Of a stretch of 64,000 nucleotides of DNA, positions 38,201 through 51,895 are shown one piece after another. The stretch covers positions 1 through 64,000 of the forward strand of contig JAAILG010000034.1 of the NCBI GenBank assembly GCA_012026655.1, given 5' to 3'. The stretch is from Hydrolagus affinis. Its lineage: Eukaryota. Below the pieces are notes generated by a model. It ran no database searches and had not been told where the DNA came from. It saw nothing but the letters and a program-made list of their open reading frames with translations. How positions within the stretch are numbered: position 1 is the stretch's first letter; the number at the start of each line of letters is the position of its first letter. Position numbers and translations under genes: made by a program.

Positions 38201-39164
38201 CAAGTTTGAATGACTATACATTCCCCTCCACCCCACCCCCACCCCAACCCACCACCATTTTCCAGTGCAGAAATCATGATAATTTCAAAATTATACTGTA
38301 GCCTTTTCACTTTGATGTGAATTGCTTGACCTGGTTAATCCAGGCACCGGTCTCCGATCACAGGGCTTGTCTGGGTAATGAATTTTCCATTTATCTTGAT
38401 AAATCATTGCATAATCTCCTTGATTCAATTGAACAAAGAATTTAGGAAAGCCATTCAAATGCCTTTGTTTTACTTATACAACTCCTTAAAACCATAATAT
38501 TACAATAAGCTTGTGAGCAGGGATCATTTCCAGAACACAGTGCTGCATGGAGTGGGGTGAGAGAGGAAATGCTGTGACATTTCCAAAAATGTTTTAAAAA
38601 TAAAAGTTTTTTTTGCAGTTGCTTGAAGTTCTGGTTCAGTTACATTCTCCAACAGTATCTTAAACCAAATTACATCAGAGTTCTGGAGAGTGGTTCCCTT
38701 GAGAAAGTGCTTCAATGTTGGGGACATTATTATTAATAAAAATCTTTACATTTAATGTAGCACCTTCTGCATCAAAGTGCTGCACACAATAAACTATAAA
38801 GAGTATTTCGGGAACAAAAGCAGTAGCCAATTTGCACATAGCAATGTGTTTTTCTTAAGAATGGAAATAGCGTGCAGAGTCATGGGAAACAGTTTCTGTT
38901 GAGTGCAACATGTCCCTTTTAAGCAGTTTTTTGTATTTTTAAAATAATTATTTGCTTCCTTTAAGATAAGGCATTAATCTCAACTGGAAGCCCCCTGTTG
39001 TCTCACGCGGCATTTTGGGTATCTGTGTGATGTTTGGACAACCCAGGCTGTTGCCAATAGCAACATCATCTATATGTATTCGATTTAGCTACAGAACTCT
39101 GATGGCATCTTTTTGTTAGTCTCTCTGCAAGATCATCATTACCATCAATCCCAGCACTGTACAA

Positions 39165-39340
39165 AGAACGTGCAGGAGGCAGAGAAGGGAAGGAATTGGC
39201 GGAGGGGAAGTGGTTAAAAGCATAGTCAAAGTGGTCGATCTCCAAGCGGGCTTTAGAAAGAAGATGAGGAACTGGCGAAGTGGAGGGTTCAGGCAAGAGT
39301 TCCAGTGGTAGGGACAGAGTGGGTGGGGAAAGCTATGTTG
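39165..39340 (-). mobile_element. L2 LINE 3' fragment
   Basis: Minus strand includes HWNSCL and, in another frame, SKARLEIDHFDYAF, resembling the L2 ORF2 end. Confidence 0.65.
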
Positions 39341-39789
39341 TACGTAGAGTAGATTTCCCGTGGCTGTGAAAGAACTAGACTTGATAGTATTAATGAAACT
39401 TTTCTCCTTCCGTGCTTTTTGATATTTCTGGTGGGTTATATTTACTATTAATGTCATCAAGTCAAATTAGAATCAAGGTATTGCACCAGAAAGCTGAACA
39501 AGCAGATTTAATAGAGAACACAGGCACAGATACTTGGGATATGTGATCAAAGATCAGGATATTGGGATTAAAAGGTTTGCTCAAATTTAATAAGATGATG
39601 GAACAGGCTTGATGGGTCTCTTTCTGTTCCTCTTTTCCTGTATTTCACTGGGTTTGTTGAATGCCCTCCTAATGATTCAGTCAAACATTAACAGTGCCTG
39701 CAGAACAAGCTACTACAGATTAAGCGTCCAGCTCTGAAATGCTTGCATCGCCAAATTAATATGGCATAACATAATGCTCTGCACTGTAC

Positions 39790-40150
39790 ACCTATGTCTC
39801 TTCCACCACATCCAAGCCATGACTCTCTCTGCTTTCCTTCACCTCCACAATATTGCCTGACTCTGCCACTACCTCAGCCCCCAGCCTGCTGAAACCCTCA
39901 TTCATGCCTTTATCAAATCCCAGCTCAACTACACCAATGCCCTGCTTGTCGGCCTTCCCAATTCCTCCCTCCATCATCCAGAGCTCTGTGACCCATGTCC
40001 TCCAATGCTCCAAGCTTCTTGACACCATCTCCCCCATGCTCCCCCGACTCCATTGGCTCCTCATCACCCAAAGGATTTAATTCCAACACCTTGGGACGTC
40101 CTCCTGATGTGAAAGGTGCTATACAAGTATAATTTTGTGGTTGTTGTTGA
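39790..40150 (+). mobile_element. L2 LINE fragment with 3' tail
   Basis: AETLIHAFI..LNYTNALLVGLP and TISPMLPRLHWL; tail CCTTGGGACGTCCTCCTGATGTGAAAGGTGCTATAC...(TTG)n. Confidence 0.85.
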
Positions 40151-40287
40151 TGTACAGAGACCAATAAACCCGCATCTAATGCTGGAAGCATTGAATATGA
40201 CTGAACAGACTGATGAGATATTGACGAGATGCAAAGGTTTGAAAAATTTCCAAACGTACAATCTGAAAAGTTTAAAGGTGTTGCTAT

Positions 40288-40345
40288 GGAGTTATGCTAC
40301 AGTTAGTACAGTGCTGGAGTTATGCTACAGTTAGTGTACAGTGCT
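40288..40345. repeat. 28-bp tandem duplication
   Basis: GGAGTTATGCTACAGTTAGT(GT)ACAGTGCT x2. Confidence 0.9.
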
Positions 40346-40825
40346 GAAGCAGTGCAAGACTACCTCCTGGAGATAGTTTCTCAGACCTTCTCTCAACCCA
40401 AATCCGTTTCTTTAAAAAACTGTGTTTATGCCACAGTATTTCTTGTAGGAAAATTACATTAAACCAATATATAACCAGCCTATTCATTTCCAACTTCTTT
40501 TTAGTTCCCAGTTTGTACTGAAGGGACCAAAAGCTCCAGAACTCAGATCTAAATCTAAATTATTTGGACACACTCTCAAGATCATGGTCATTCCCTTGAT
40601 GGCTGTTTGTGGTTTCCTGCAGTTCATAAATTGGTTGCTGTGTTAGCCTGCAAAATACAGTCACTACACTTTACAATAAATACTTTGAAGTGCTTCGAGA
40701 CACCCTCACGATTTGAAAGGCAATATATGAATTGCTAGGATTATTATAAAGAGATGAATAGTAGCCAGATTGTAGCAAACTGAAAAAAATATATGAAGTG
40801 GATTAAACAACTGTATTCATGAATT

Positions 40826-41043
40826 GAATTCACTGGGATACTGCCTGACTCAGCAGGTCAGGCAGTATCTATGGCGAAAGGAAAAGTGAGTCAACGTTTC
40901 AGGTCCACGAACTGATGAAAGGTCGTGGATCTGAAATGTTGACTCACTTTTTTCTTTTCTCCATAGATGCTGCCTGCCCTGCTGAGTCCTCCGAGCAATT
41001 TCTGTTTGTGTTTCAGATTTCCAGCATCTGTATTTTGCGTTTT
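40826..41043 (+). mobile_element. second Penelope-like fold-back element with 14-bp TSD and hammerhead core
   Basis: TGTATTCATGAATT at 40812-40825 and 41044-41057; inverted arms; CTGATGA 40912-18, stem AGGTC/GATCT, GAAAT-GTT 40933-40. Confidence 0.82.
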
Positions 41044-44000
41044 TGTATTCATGAATTACTGGGCAATCTAAGGCAAGAAAAATAGTTCTGTTCAAAGGCT
41101 GATCTAAATCTGTACAGTGAGGGTGTGCTGTGCTGGGTGCGCTTTCAGTCGGTGAGACGCAGATGCAGTACTCAGCGTTTCAAATTCAGTCACAAGACTT
41201 TCAACATCAGTAACATTCCAAGCACAGAAACAGCAAAAGCAGGAATTCAGAAAGTCATAAATCTTTTGACGTGATTACTACGCAACAAACAAATATTATT
41301 TTGCTCTATATTGTTAGGCGTAATTATATGCATTTAATTATATACTGTAGCACCATGATTCTTCCCTATTGTAGGTATTCATGTTTTGGTTAGACGAGAG
41401 ACTGAGCAAGAACATGTTCAACGCCACCTCACTGACCTAGAAAAGTGGTTTACAAGAAGGGTTTGTTATACAGTCCTTTGTCAGTGGCTCATCAATTTCC
41501 TCTGATGCTCGGAGAATCCCTACATTTGCAGAGGCACCAAGAAGCTCCAAGTGCCAGAGGAAATCAGATTTCCCAGTTCATGCAATCTTGAAATCTATGC
41601 ACAACACAGGCAACTGGCCTGCAAGGTGGCAGAAAACAGCAAGACTCAGTAGATAGAAGATAGAATGGTTCTTACACCTATGACAATATATGGCATCTTC
41701 AGTTTCAGGGTACTACTACTAATAATAATCAATGCCTTTGATATAGTGATTATCATGTCATTGAAACATTTCAATGAATACACTATAAAGTGGATTGGTT
41801 GTGCATTTTGCAGGAGAAACGTGGCATTGTTCTATATTATAAAAACATTACACAATGGTACATTCTATTATATTATAATATATTATAGATGGGAGTATTG
41901 TGCAAGTTCCAGCTGTTAATAGTTCAGCTAGAGTAACACTGCTTGATCATTGACATTGAGTTGCTAAAAGATGAGAATCTTGTGAGTTTTCATTCCAACT
42001 TACACTGCTATCAGTATGAATGCCACACTTGAAACCTGCATTAACTGAATGCTTTACAATTTGGTCGTACTAAGTTGGAACCAACCAAACTGGCCTATTC
42101 TATTAGCAGAGTATGAACTTACATAAGCAGCTTTCAGTTGCAAAGTCTATAGTAGTGAATTTTCAATCTGCGCAGCACATAAGTGTATCATCCCAGTGTG
42201 CCTCACTCAACCTTGTATGTAACATACCATCACATCACTGCACAACACCACACCAGCTAGCAGTTGTAACTGTGCTGACTTAAACCTGACAGAAAACAGA
42301 AAACAGCTGTTGTGGTCTTGGCCGGTTCAGAACCCAACTAAGACGGTTATAATTCATTTTGGGGAAACTGGACTTCAAAGATGTTTCAGTTCCCAAAAGA
42401 TTGGAATATTGCAACTCAAGCCATAAGGAACAGACTTTTTATATGTTTATTTCCTCCCTCCCACCTCCCAACAAAAATCAATCACAGATCTCAACCTCAC
42501 TGATACAGTGCTTCACAGCACTGCCTGACATTGGTCAGCCATGTCTCTTCAAGTGAGGTTATTTCAAGTGAGGTAGGTATTTCATATCTACAGAACATGT
42601 TTCAGAAAAGAAACCAATCCGAATGGTACAATTTAAATTTGATCTAAGGGCAAGGCTCACACTGCAATAATAATAATCCTTACATTTGTTATACTATCTT
42701 TCACATTGGTAGGACATCCCAAATTGTTTCGATTACAGTACCGGATATACGGTAAAGTGTATTGACTGTGTGTTTAATAAAATGAAAACGAAAACCAGTT
42801 GGACGGGGCTTTGTTTTTCACGGGGAAGGGTAATTTGTGTCAAAGTTAGACGTGGTTACACCCTCCTCCACTTACTGTATTGCTGACATTATTATACAAT
42901 CACAAGAAATGAATCACTGAGATATCTATTAAAGTCAGCTCCCTGCAGTAGTGTTTTAATTGTACTCGTACAGCCCAAACATGCACATCAGGGTTCGCTT
43001 TAACAATTCAGAAAGAACTGAATCAATGATATGCCTCGTCTCAGTTTGCTATTGTTCAGATACATTTAGAGAAATATATCAAAAGAACTATGCTTACAGA
43101 TGGCAGATGGAAAGAAAGTTAGTCACAGATCTAAAGCAAACACAGAGCAGCTTTAAAAATAATACTGCGTGATGAACCTCATTAGCAATCTTTTCTCCAT
43201 AAAAGCTCTAATAAACTGTTCTGCTGCTCTTTTTGGTGGGGGTCTCAAAATGAATCAACCCATGTGGAGAGTGAAAAAAAATTGTGGGCAAAAGACGGGA
43301 AATGAAAGAAAACTACGATCAAACAAGGTAATTTTTTTTAAATCGGAAAGGAGAGGACGTAGGGAGGGTGTGGGGGTTGAGAGAAAAATCAGGGCAGAAG
43401 TGCATTACATACATTTTAAATTAAATGTTATTGTTGCAACAACAGAGAACTTCAAAATAACTGGTTGTAACATTTGCATTCCAGACTAACCACCTTTAAA
43501 ACAGAAAACTCTGTGTTGAGCAAATCCAACAAACACACTCCACACTGTGTAGGAATTCAATTTGGAAACCATCATCTCAAGCATAGAGGAGGACAGGAAA
43601 GTCATATTGCTATAATGCTCAGATTATCAATCATTCTGACAGTTTATTGGCTTTATCACCGCACATACCATTAAAATGATGTCTGGCTCAGAATGTCATG
43701 AGACAACATTAAACAGACCAGGATTAAAAAGCAGATACTAAACAGCATTCCAGCAACTTTCTCACTGAATTTTGTGCAAACCGCTGCTCCAGTACTGGCT
43801 CTGGACTTCGAAGAAATATACTGCCTACGAGACGCAGAGTCAACACAAGAGTTCACAAGCTGACAGGTCTCCTCATGCCACAGCAGTTACAAAATGTCCT
43901 GCCACGGTTTTATTGCATGCTGTACACAACAAGATTATTGCGAATGAATGGCAGGAGTTGGTAATGAATGGTGGGGGTTGGAGGAGGTAGGGGGGAGTTA

Positions 44001-45869
44001 TGGAATTAGTTTCTCACAGAAATTTCATTGGAAGCCTGAGCCTGAAGAATTTATCCACCTTACTCATCGCTAGTTCACCCAAGGTCAGTTTGCAAGAAAA
44101 CGTAAAGGAACAGTTCAACTTGTGTGTTACTAACTCAGACCTATCGATCACTTGATTATCTTCCACCAAAACTAGGCAGACGTCAGAACTAAAATGATTT
44201 TATCTTAAATTGTAACAAAAGGAACCATGCATGTTTTTATTGGTGTCTTTCGCAACTGGTGGCTCAAGACAGTTTTCCTATCGGAATCACATAGACTTCC
44301 CAAAAATATATTGAATGAGGTGATGACTATGGGCTCTCTGATACTCATGATGGGATTTCTACATGAAACATCTGACGCCTGTTTGCCGCCAATTAGTTGT
44401 TTAAACTAAGCATCAAACTCCGCCATTGCTAAGTGATTCTACCCCATGTGAAGGGCACTATAAATACAAGTTGTTGTTGTTGAGAGCAAAAAAACAAAAA
44501 CAGTTTCATCAGCCAAATAAGTCACCCTGATCACTGCACAGTTTATCCCTTTGCAGTAGTTACAATTTAAGCGGAAATTCAGTAGGATATTCTGGGTTAG
44601 AGATTTCACACTTGCTCCGTGGCTCAGAAAAGAGGTCAGTAGTAATTGTAATAAAATGGTCCTGGTCCTAAACTCCTCCCATTCATTCTGTTTCACCCCC
44701 ACTCCCCACAAAAAAGCTGTTAATCCTAAGAGCAATTCGGACAAGTTCATCACGTTAAAAATAGGTAGGTACTCTACTTTGAGGAGGCTCTTGTACATGA
44801 AAGGAGGTACGATTTAAAATAAAACAGCAAACAAAGTCAAGCAAAAATAAATAGGCAACAGAGAAGACAGATAAAGAGAAACAAAAAAAGTGATTTTTCT
44901 GTTAACATTTGGCTTTATTGCATTAGTGTTAATCTTGCCGTAGTGAAGCCATTATACATTTGTAACTTTATGAATGTATGATGGGGAGTGGAGATTCAGT
45001 GTCACAATACATTAAATGGAAACCAAAAGGCCGTCCCAAAGACAGGAGTTTCTGTGGACCTGTCAACACTCTTGAGGGTTAGTTTTGAGGGTCAGATTTC
45101 AGTTTTAAACTTCTAACTTAATTTTTTTTATTAAGATTTAATACCTCCCCCTTTAATACATTTCATAAAATCATTACAATATTTGCAGTTGGAGTTGAAT
45201 ATCATCAAAAAATATACTTGAAAACAGGCATAAGGTGGATCGACAAAAACATTATCGGTTGTTAAAATTATTTTTTAAGAAGTTAGGTTTTAAAATGCAA
45301 TTCTTGTGAATTGAAATGTCATTAATTCAAAAGTTAATTTTGCCTCCAGGGGCACAATATACTCTGAAGATCTGTTTTATTCTCTGGAATTCATTTTGTG
45401 AAGAATGTTCGCTGTATTACTCAGACTTTTCATGCTTTCAATGCTTAACCATACAAGTTATGAATTTGGGAAACCAAGCAAGTTTATTCGCTTTTATATC
45501 AAATACCATATCATATCAGATTTCAGAAACAGTTCAGGATACCAATATGCCAGTATTATTACCTTATGTGTTTATATAAAGTTAAGTACTGGGACATTTG
45601 TGAGCCAAATCAGTACCAGCCACTGGAATTCGGGTTCCAGATTCAGCAGAACAATATTTGCAGTTAAGGTGGACTAGGTTTGCGCAATATTAAAATGATG
45701 CTGAACAATTTATGGGATGAACATTGGGTACATGGATTACAATCACGGTTTGTTTGACAACCAAGTGTAATCGACGTATCAGGCAGATCGTGACCATGCA
45801 GCAGCATTGTGATCAGCTTATTCAACAGGTTGCTTCGGATTTGCATAGACAAATGCACACACAGAACTA

Positions 45870-46580
45870 AAGCAAACATCTCCAATTGTGAAGGGGAGTT
45901 TTTGAGTAAGAGATCTGTTTGTTATCTGGGAGGATTATGCATAAAAGGCTTTGACCTCTCACTCTTTCAAATATCATTCTTTTGGATTCTTTGGGCAATT
46001 CATAGTCATAAACAATCAATTCAACCCTTCTTATTTTGCAAATTAACCTTCTGCTATGCTTATACCCCAGTACTTGGTCCAGATAACGTATAAGGCATGA
46101 CCTTGAGCGTGTGCTGGTTGTCTGACCAGGTAAAGGGGGCAAAGGGAATACACTGCCACAGAATAATCCTGATCTCACATAATGTCCACTCACCTTTTGC
46201 CAGGAGTTTGAATCTACCTGTTATCCCTATTACCGAGACCAATTCGAGTACTTTAACTGCTGCCTCACTTGTAGAGAACTTCCTTAGCACTGAACCGAAT
46301 GCAAACCTATGCTTTGAATGGGTGTACCCTGCACCCTTACAAATATTTCTAAAAGCAATTCATATCGTGGACAGACATATATACATTTTTATTGATTTTC
46401 CTACCCTCACACTCAGTGCTCCGCTCAGAATTTCTCCCACCAGCTTTGTTGAGGCCAGTTTATACGCCTGATAGTTGTGCAAAGAGACGTTTTTGAAGGT
46501 AAAAAATAAGACATTTTTTGCAGTCCATTGCCTTTCTGAACCCAATTTGATAAATATCTTGTGCGATAAAATCATGACAG
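45870..46580 (-). mobile_element. highly decayed CR1 RT region
   Basis: QWTAKNVLFFTFKNVSLHNYQAYKLASTKLVGEIL resembles W..ANV.PIFKKG...NYRPVSLTSVVGKLL; VRSGLFCGSVFPL resembles V.SGVPQGSVLGP. Confidence 0.5.
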
Positions 46581-48167
46581 CAACTAGGTAAAAATATCTC
46601 TTAATATCCTATTAACTGAAAAAGCCATATCAAATACAGGGCTTAATTGCTTCAATGACATCAGCATAAGGAAAGCTCTGTGGCTGTGCTTTTGTTAATA
46701 ATCACATAATTGGACAATTGATAACGTACTAAATGTTGCCCCATTGCATCCTAAACTTCTAAATTTGATATGGACTACCTAAAAATGCCCCCAATTAGTT
46801 GTTCAGCTTGTGAAAGGTCAAAATATTTGTACAAATAGAAACCAGTATGGGTGCTTGTGCAAGCATTTATGCACTATTTACCAGGAAAACTGCCAGAAAG
46901 TAAGATTGCACAGTGCAACGCAACAGCAATTAGCTGGAGCCTGACTGCCGAGCCCACTTTTCAACAGTTCCTTCATTTACACCTCAACAGTGGAAATGTA
47001 GGAGGTGCAAATCCATTCGGGCACAAATAGTCCTGTAGAAATCCTTGATTGTTCCAACGGAAAGCATGAGAAATTTGTGAAGGGACCATTTAATAATGTT
47101 AACAAGGTCTGCAGGCACCTGACTCTTTAATGACATTAAATAAACCAGTGCAGCTCAATGCTCGATTGCTGAGAGCTCCCTTAACCCCATCCAAAAGGAT
47201 TAGGAGCTGGGAGTGGAGGTCCATCTTTTTCACTCTTGAGCTCTGTATTGCTGGAAAGACTTATTTTCAACAATACAAACTGGCCATTAACTGCCCATGG
47301 AACCAGGCAGACATGATGAGTCAAACAGCCTCCTTCAGTGCCAAAATCATCTCAGTTTTTTCTGACAAAGTATATCGGCCATTTCACCAACGCATGGCTC
47401 CCGCAGTGCATTTCACTCATTGTTTAAACGTGGCAGCACATCATAGCCAGTGCAATATCTTCTATTTATATCTTCGTCTGCATCTAATAAAACTGCGTGA
47501 TAAATCGTAACTTCACCAACAAGGACATGCCATTTACTCCATGTATGTGAGGCAACAACCCAACTGGAGTTAGTTTCGCAGAAGATGCTGCCAGTCAAAA
47601 AAAAAAATCCAATTCAAAACAGCTGTGTAGGGGTCCCGAGTACCAGCAAACATTTGGAGTAAACAGAGCAACTTGTATGCATGAAATATTACATTTCATG
47701 GTGCACTGTGGAACAACAAAACAGATAGGGCTATTTTAATTAAGAAATCAACTTGTGACTCGTCGGACTACAATCAGGGTCAGTGGTGTACGTTCAGCAT
47801 TTATGTACAGTTATTCCTCTTTCTGATTCCAGGGACACATTGGTCAATCTGTTTCTCTGCTGTTCGAGGATAACATAATTCAATGATAACATAATTCAAT
47901 ACAGAGCAGAGTCTGAAACTGTTCATTTCCCTGGTACGTGTGGCTCTGCATAATATGGTGCTTTGCCCCAATAAGGATTTGGTGAAGCTGGACTTTTTGT
48001 TGAAACCCAGAAACCCAGGGAGAATACAACCACAACAAAAATCATATTGGTAGAGCACCTTTCATGTCGGGAGGACTTCCCAAGATGCTGAATATGGGAA
48101 AAATCAAGACAGCAAGTGTGCAAACCAAGGAGATTTTTTCGGAGATGGCAAAATCTGGAGTCAGTCA

Positions 48168-48492
48168 CATAAATAATAATATTAATAATAATCATCCTTG
48201 CATTTGATATACTGCTTTATCACATCTTCTAGATGTCTCAAAGCACTTCACAGATTATAATGTAAAGTAAATTGACTGTATATTTGTGGATAAAACGCAG
48301 CAGTCAATTGCACACAGCATAGCGGGTTCCACAAACAGTGAGTTGATTTGACCAATTTATTATTGGATTTTTTGAGGGATTACTGTTAGATGTTTGGAGT
48401 AAGGAAACTTGCCCAAGGTTTCACCCTGCCTGGAATTGAACGCTGGTCTCTCACCTGTAAGACAAGTGCTCTAACCATTGAGCTTCAGGATT
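48168..48492 (-). mobile_element. near full-length tRNA-derived SINE
   Basis: Same family as 11521-11829; head TCCTGAAGCTCAATGGTTAGAGCAC...GTTCAATTCCAGGCAGGG on minus. Confidence 0.88.
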
Positions 48493-51400
48493 CAAATAAA
48501 AGATAAATTGCAATCTATTCCTGGTGAACACATGAATCTAGAATAGTGACAGAACTTACACCATACAACCTTTTGGCACTTTTTTTTACACACCTATATT
48601 GGTCCTGTTTTTGTCTCCTGTGGGTCACATGCCAACACTATTTTGTCCTGATGAAATTCATGGTAGCCTCAAAGCTAAAGACCTTAATTTAGGAGTAATG
48701 GAACTGCTATCAAACTTGGTTTAATTCAACTAAAATCAAGGCACAAACTACAACATTGAGGGTAGGAAATAAAAGATTGCAACATAATCACAAGATCATG
48801 AGTTGTTTCTTTATGTGGATGACACAATCATTAGGGATTTATTCAACTTTCAAGAATTACACCTAAATCAGCTTGGCTTATGAATGTTACTTGTGGTTTA
48901 AACATATTGTTTAGCATTACATTCACTGTCAGAGATGTAAAAATGTATCCTGCATAATGGGAGTTGCTGTCATCCTCAAACATATCCAAAGACTTGAATC
49001 ACAATTATCATTGCATACTTCATTCCAATGCATGGCTGAGCAACCACCATCATCCTCACATGACTGGCATACAGATGTTGCAAAAAAAAAAGTTTTGACC
49101 ACAAAGCCCTCCAACCGATCCAAGCACAGCATCTCTCTGCTGGCTTCAGTAACAGGCAAGAATACAGTCTCCTGGTTCAAACGAGACTAGTGGATGTTTT
49201 ATGAACCCACTAATTGTGTGGGAGTCTTCTTATACACATGAATACAACTGCTATGCTATATCATAGTTCAGGTCTCCAAATCCATTGAATAATATATTGG
49301 ATGTGATTTGGTTGGTACCATTTTAATGCTATATATGGTCATACGACCACAAGAATTTTTAAACAAGCTGTCAAAGTTTTTAACAGTCCCACATGACACA
49401 GACTCGCAGAGCACTACTTAGAACACTTCCTCCCAGTGCTTCCATAGCAACTCCACCAATAATTGCACAACACGCCACTCACGATATTGAAACAAATGCT
49501 ACAATCAAATTGATGCCCAGTCAGCATCATTTCAATTGGGGAAAAAAATCTTTACTGATCAAAGCCATCCTTTTTTTGTAAAAGAGAAAAGAATAAAAAT
49601 ATCTACTTTTAAGCTGTGCTTCGTCGGGGAAGAAAGCATTATCATTTTCTTGGGTAAGACAATTATCGATCTAACAAATCTAGCATGTATTGCTTTGCCA
49701 TTTCTGTTTGCTGAATCCATTTGCTGGACAGTTGCTCTATCCAAAAGTATCCATCAGCAGATGTCCTATAACACAGGCTTGCATTTAAACGGTGCATAAA
49801 TAGTTATCTTTCCGTAGGCTGTCAGCCCCTTAAACAGAATAAAAAGATTCAGTTAATCTCAAAATTGCATGATTGACTAGGGAGAGATATTTATCTCAAA
49901 CTGCATACCGGTAATTTCCTATTTTTTGCTCAGCACACTGCAAATTTCCATTCTAGCAATGCCTTGTAAAGCATTAAATGCAAAAAAGAGAAAGATGTTT
50001 TGCATTGAGTTTACTCCAATCATCTCTTGGCATGAGATTACAAAAATTCAATTTGATATGTATTTATTTCCAAGAAGGTTATATCTTCGAAAATAATCCA
50101 CATGATGAATAAGTGCACTCACCCGCCTGCCCTGCCACAAGATGTCAAGCTATAATTCCAAGAAATACCCCCATCTTGAATGGGGCATTCGTAGAGCACC
50201 CTCAATTTCAGTCCCTTCCTCAGTTCCCCAGCCGAGATGTGGAATTTACCATATGAGAAAACCATCTGTGACTCCAATGCATTGAACCATCATCTTTGGT
50301 CTTATGTGAAACTGGGCAGAGAATTTGTTTTTTTAATCTGTATATTGATTAAACTATTGCAAGTTTCATATGAAATGCATCGTTGTAAATTTACTTCAAC
50401 CATGATCACATGCTGGAAAAATTAACATACACTGAATTAGTCTGCAATGCATGATTGAAATCATTTCATACTTTTGTTCCTCTTTATTGAAAGGATTTTT
50501 GTTGCATTTTCAGAGAAGCACGACATACACTGACACAGCCACTTGTTTATTGTTTGATTTTATCAAGCCATCATATCATAAAAATATGTCTCTGTAAGCC
50601 TCTTTGTTGTTGAGAGTGTCTGTATGCTCTTGGCCAAGGGCTTTCATCAAACCTCTTGGGAGATCTCAGTTTTTCATTGCTTCAAGGTATCCCTGTTTCA
50701 TCACCCTAGGATCCTTCCATTGTTTGCTTCTTCAAAATGCAGCTCATGAAAAAATCACGAGATCAGTGACAAGTGTCCCCACCCTGACAGTTTTCCCAAC
50801 ACCAAAGACTGAAATCAATTTCCTGCAAAAGGGAGAACGGTTTCCATTCCCAGAGGGATTAATGTTCCTAACCAAGCCTGCAGGGTAGGTATAAAACCAA
50901 TAAGATTTGATTTAGGGGTCTTGTCCAAATAAAAATATTTCAAAAACAGCAAACGGGTGGGTCAAGGCAGACTATGAATTCTCAAAATGTAATGAATTCA
51001 CAAAGTGATGTTTCTTGAAAGAAATGCCATTGCAATTTCTTCTTTCAAACATGTCAGTCTTCATTTTTGATTTGTTGTGATGTATGCAGCATTTTCTTAC
51101 AAATTACAAAACACACAAATGATTGCCAATAATTAAACTTCACGCCAACCATGTGTTTTTGAACCACATGTGATGTTTTCACTCTGATCTTCTATACCCC
51201 TCATCACTTCCAGTTAAATGATCAAAATCTACAGATTTTACACATGTTGCACTTGTTTAAGTCATAAACCTTTGTTGGCTTCATGCAGCTCACGTTTCAT
51301 AGAGCATTTCTAAACAACAGATTGGGTGATTCGTGGCCAGGACTTGAAAACTCATACTTCCAATTAATTTTTTGTTTCATTCATTTGTACAAGTTCCTCA

Positions 51401-51794
51401 AACTTAATCTGCAAATACAAACAGTGTTAATTTAGGAAAATAACTCTTATTCATTTTTAAAGCTCAGGCCTAAAAGCGGTTCTCATTTCATCCACAATCA
51501 GCATTTTTCAGAGCCAATTTCTTCACTTTTTTTGTACTATTTGATGTCCTCAAAAATCTTTTTTTTTAAAAAGGCACAAAAACAGCAGAAAAAATATATT
51601 TTTTAATTTAACTCAAATGAATAAACGGTCAGATGCATAGACAATGAATCTATGTTGGGTGGTGATGGTGGGGAAGGAGGAGTTGGTAAAATAGAAGGAA
51701 AGGTAACATCTTTAATTTCAAAGATTTTGCCCCTTCCCAATTTGGTTTTGACAAAAAGATACTACTGTGTCCAGCTATCTTCCTGATCTCTGAA

Positions 51795-51895
51795 AGAAAA
51801 GCAGGAAAATTGGATCATTGAGAGGTTATTCAGCCCATGGAGCTTGTGCCACCAATTTATTAGTTCATGGTGGATTATTTAATCTCAATCCAACA
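51795..51895 (-). mobile_element. CR1 3' UTR fragment
   Basis: GGTTATTCAGCCCATGGAGCTTGTGCCACCAATTTATTAGTTCATGG resembles a reversed CR1 3' end. Confidence 0.5.

Noticed and set aside
48930-49200. Possible RTE-type LINE remnant on the minus strand
   Set aside because: Only a vague resemblance to the GHVxRM motif; insufficient evidence.
50120-50150. Minus-strand 27-nt exon-like segment ending in GG|GTGAGT
   Set aside because: Poor polypyrimidine tract and no recognisable peptide; likely chance.
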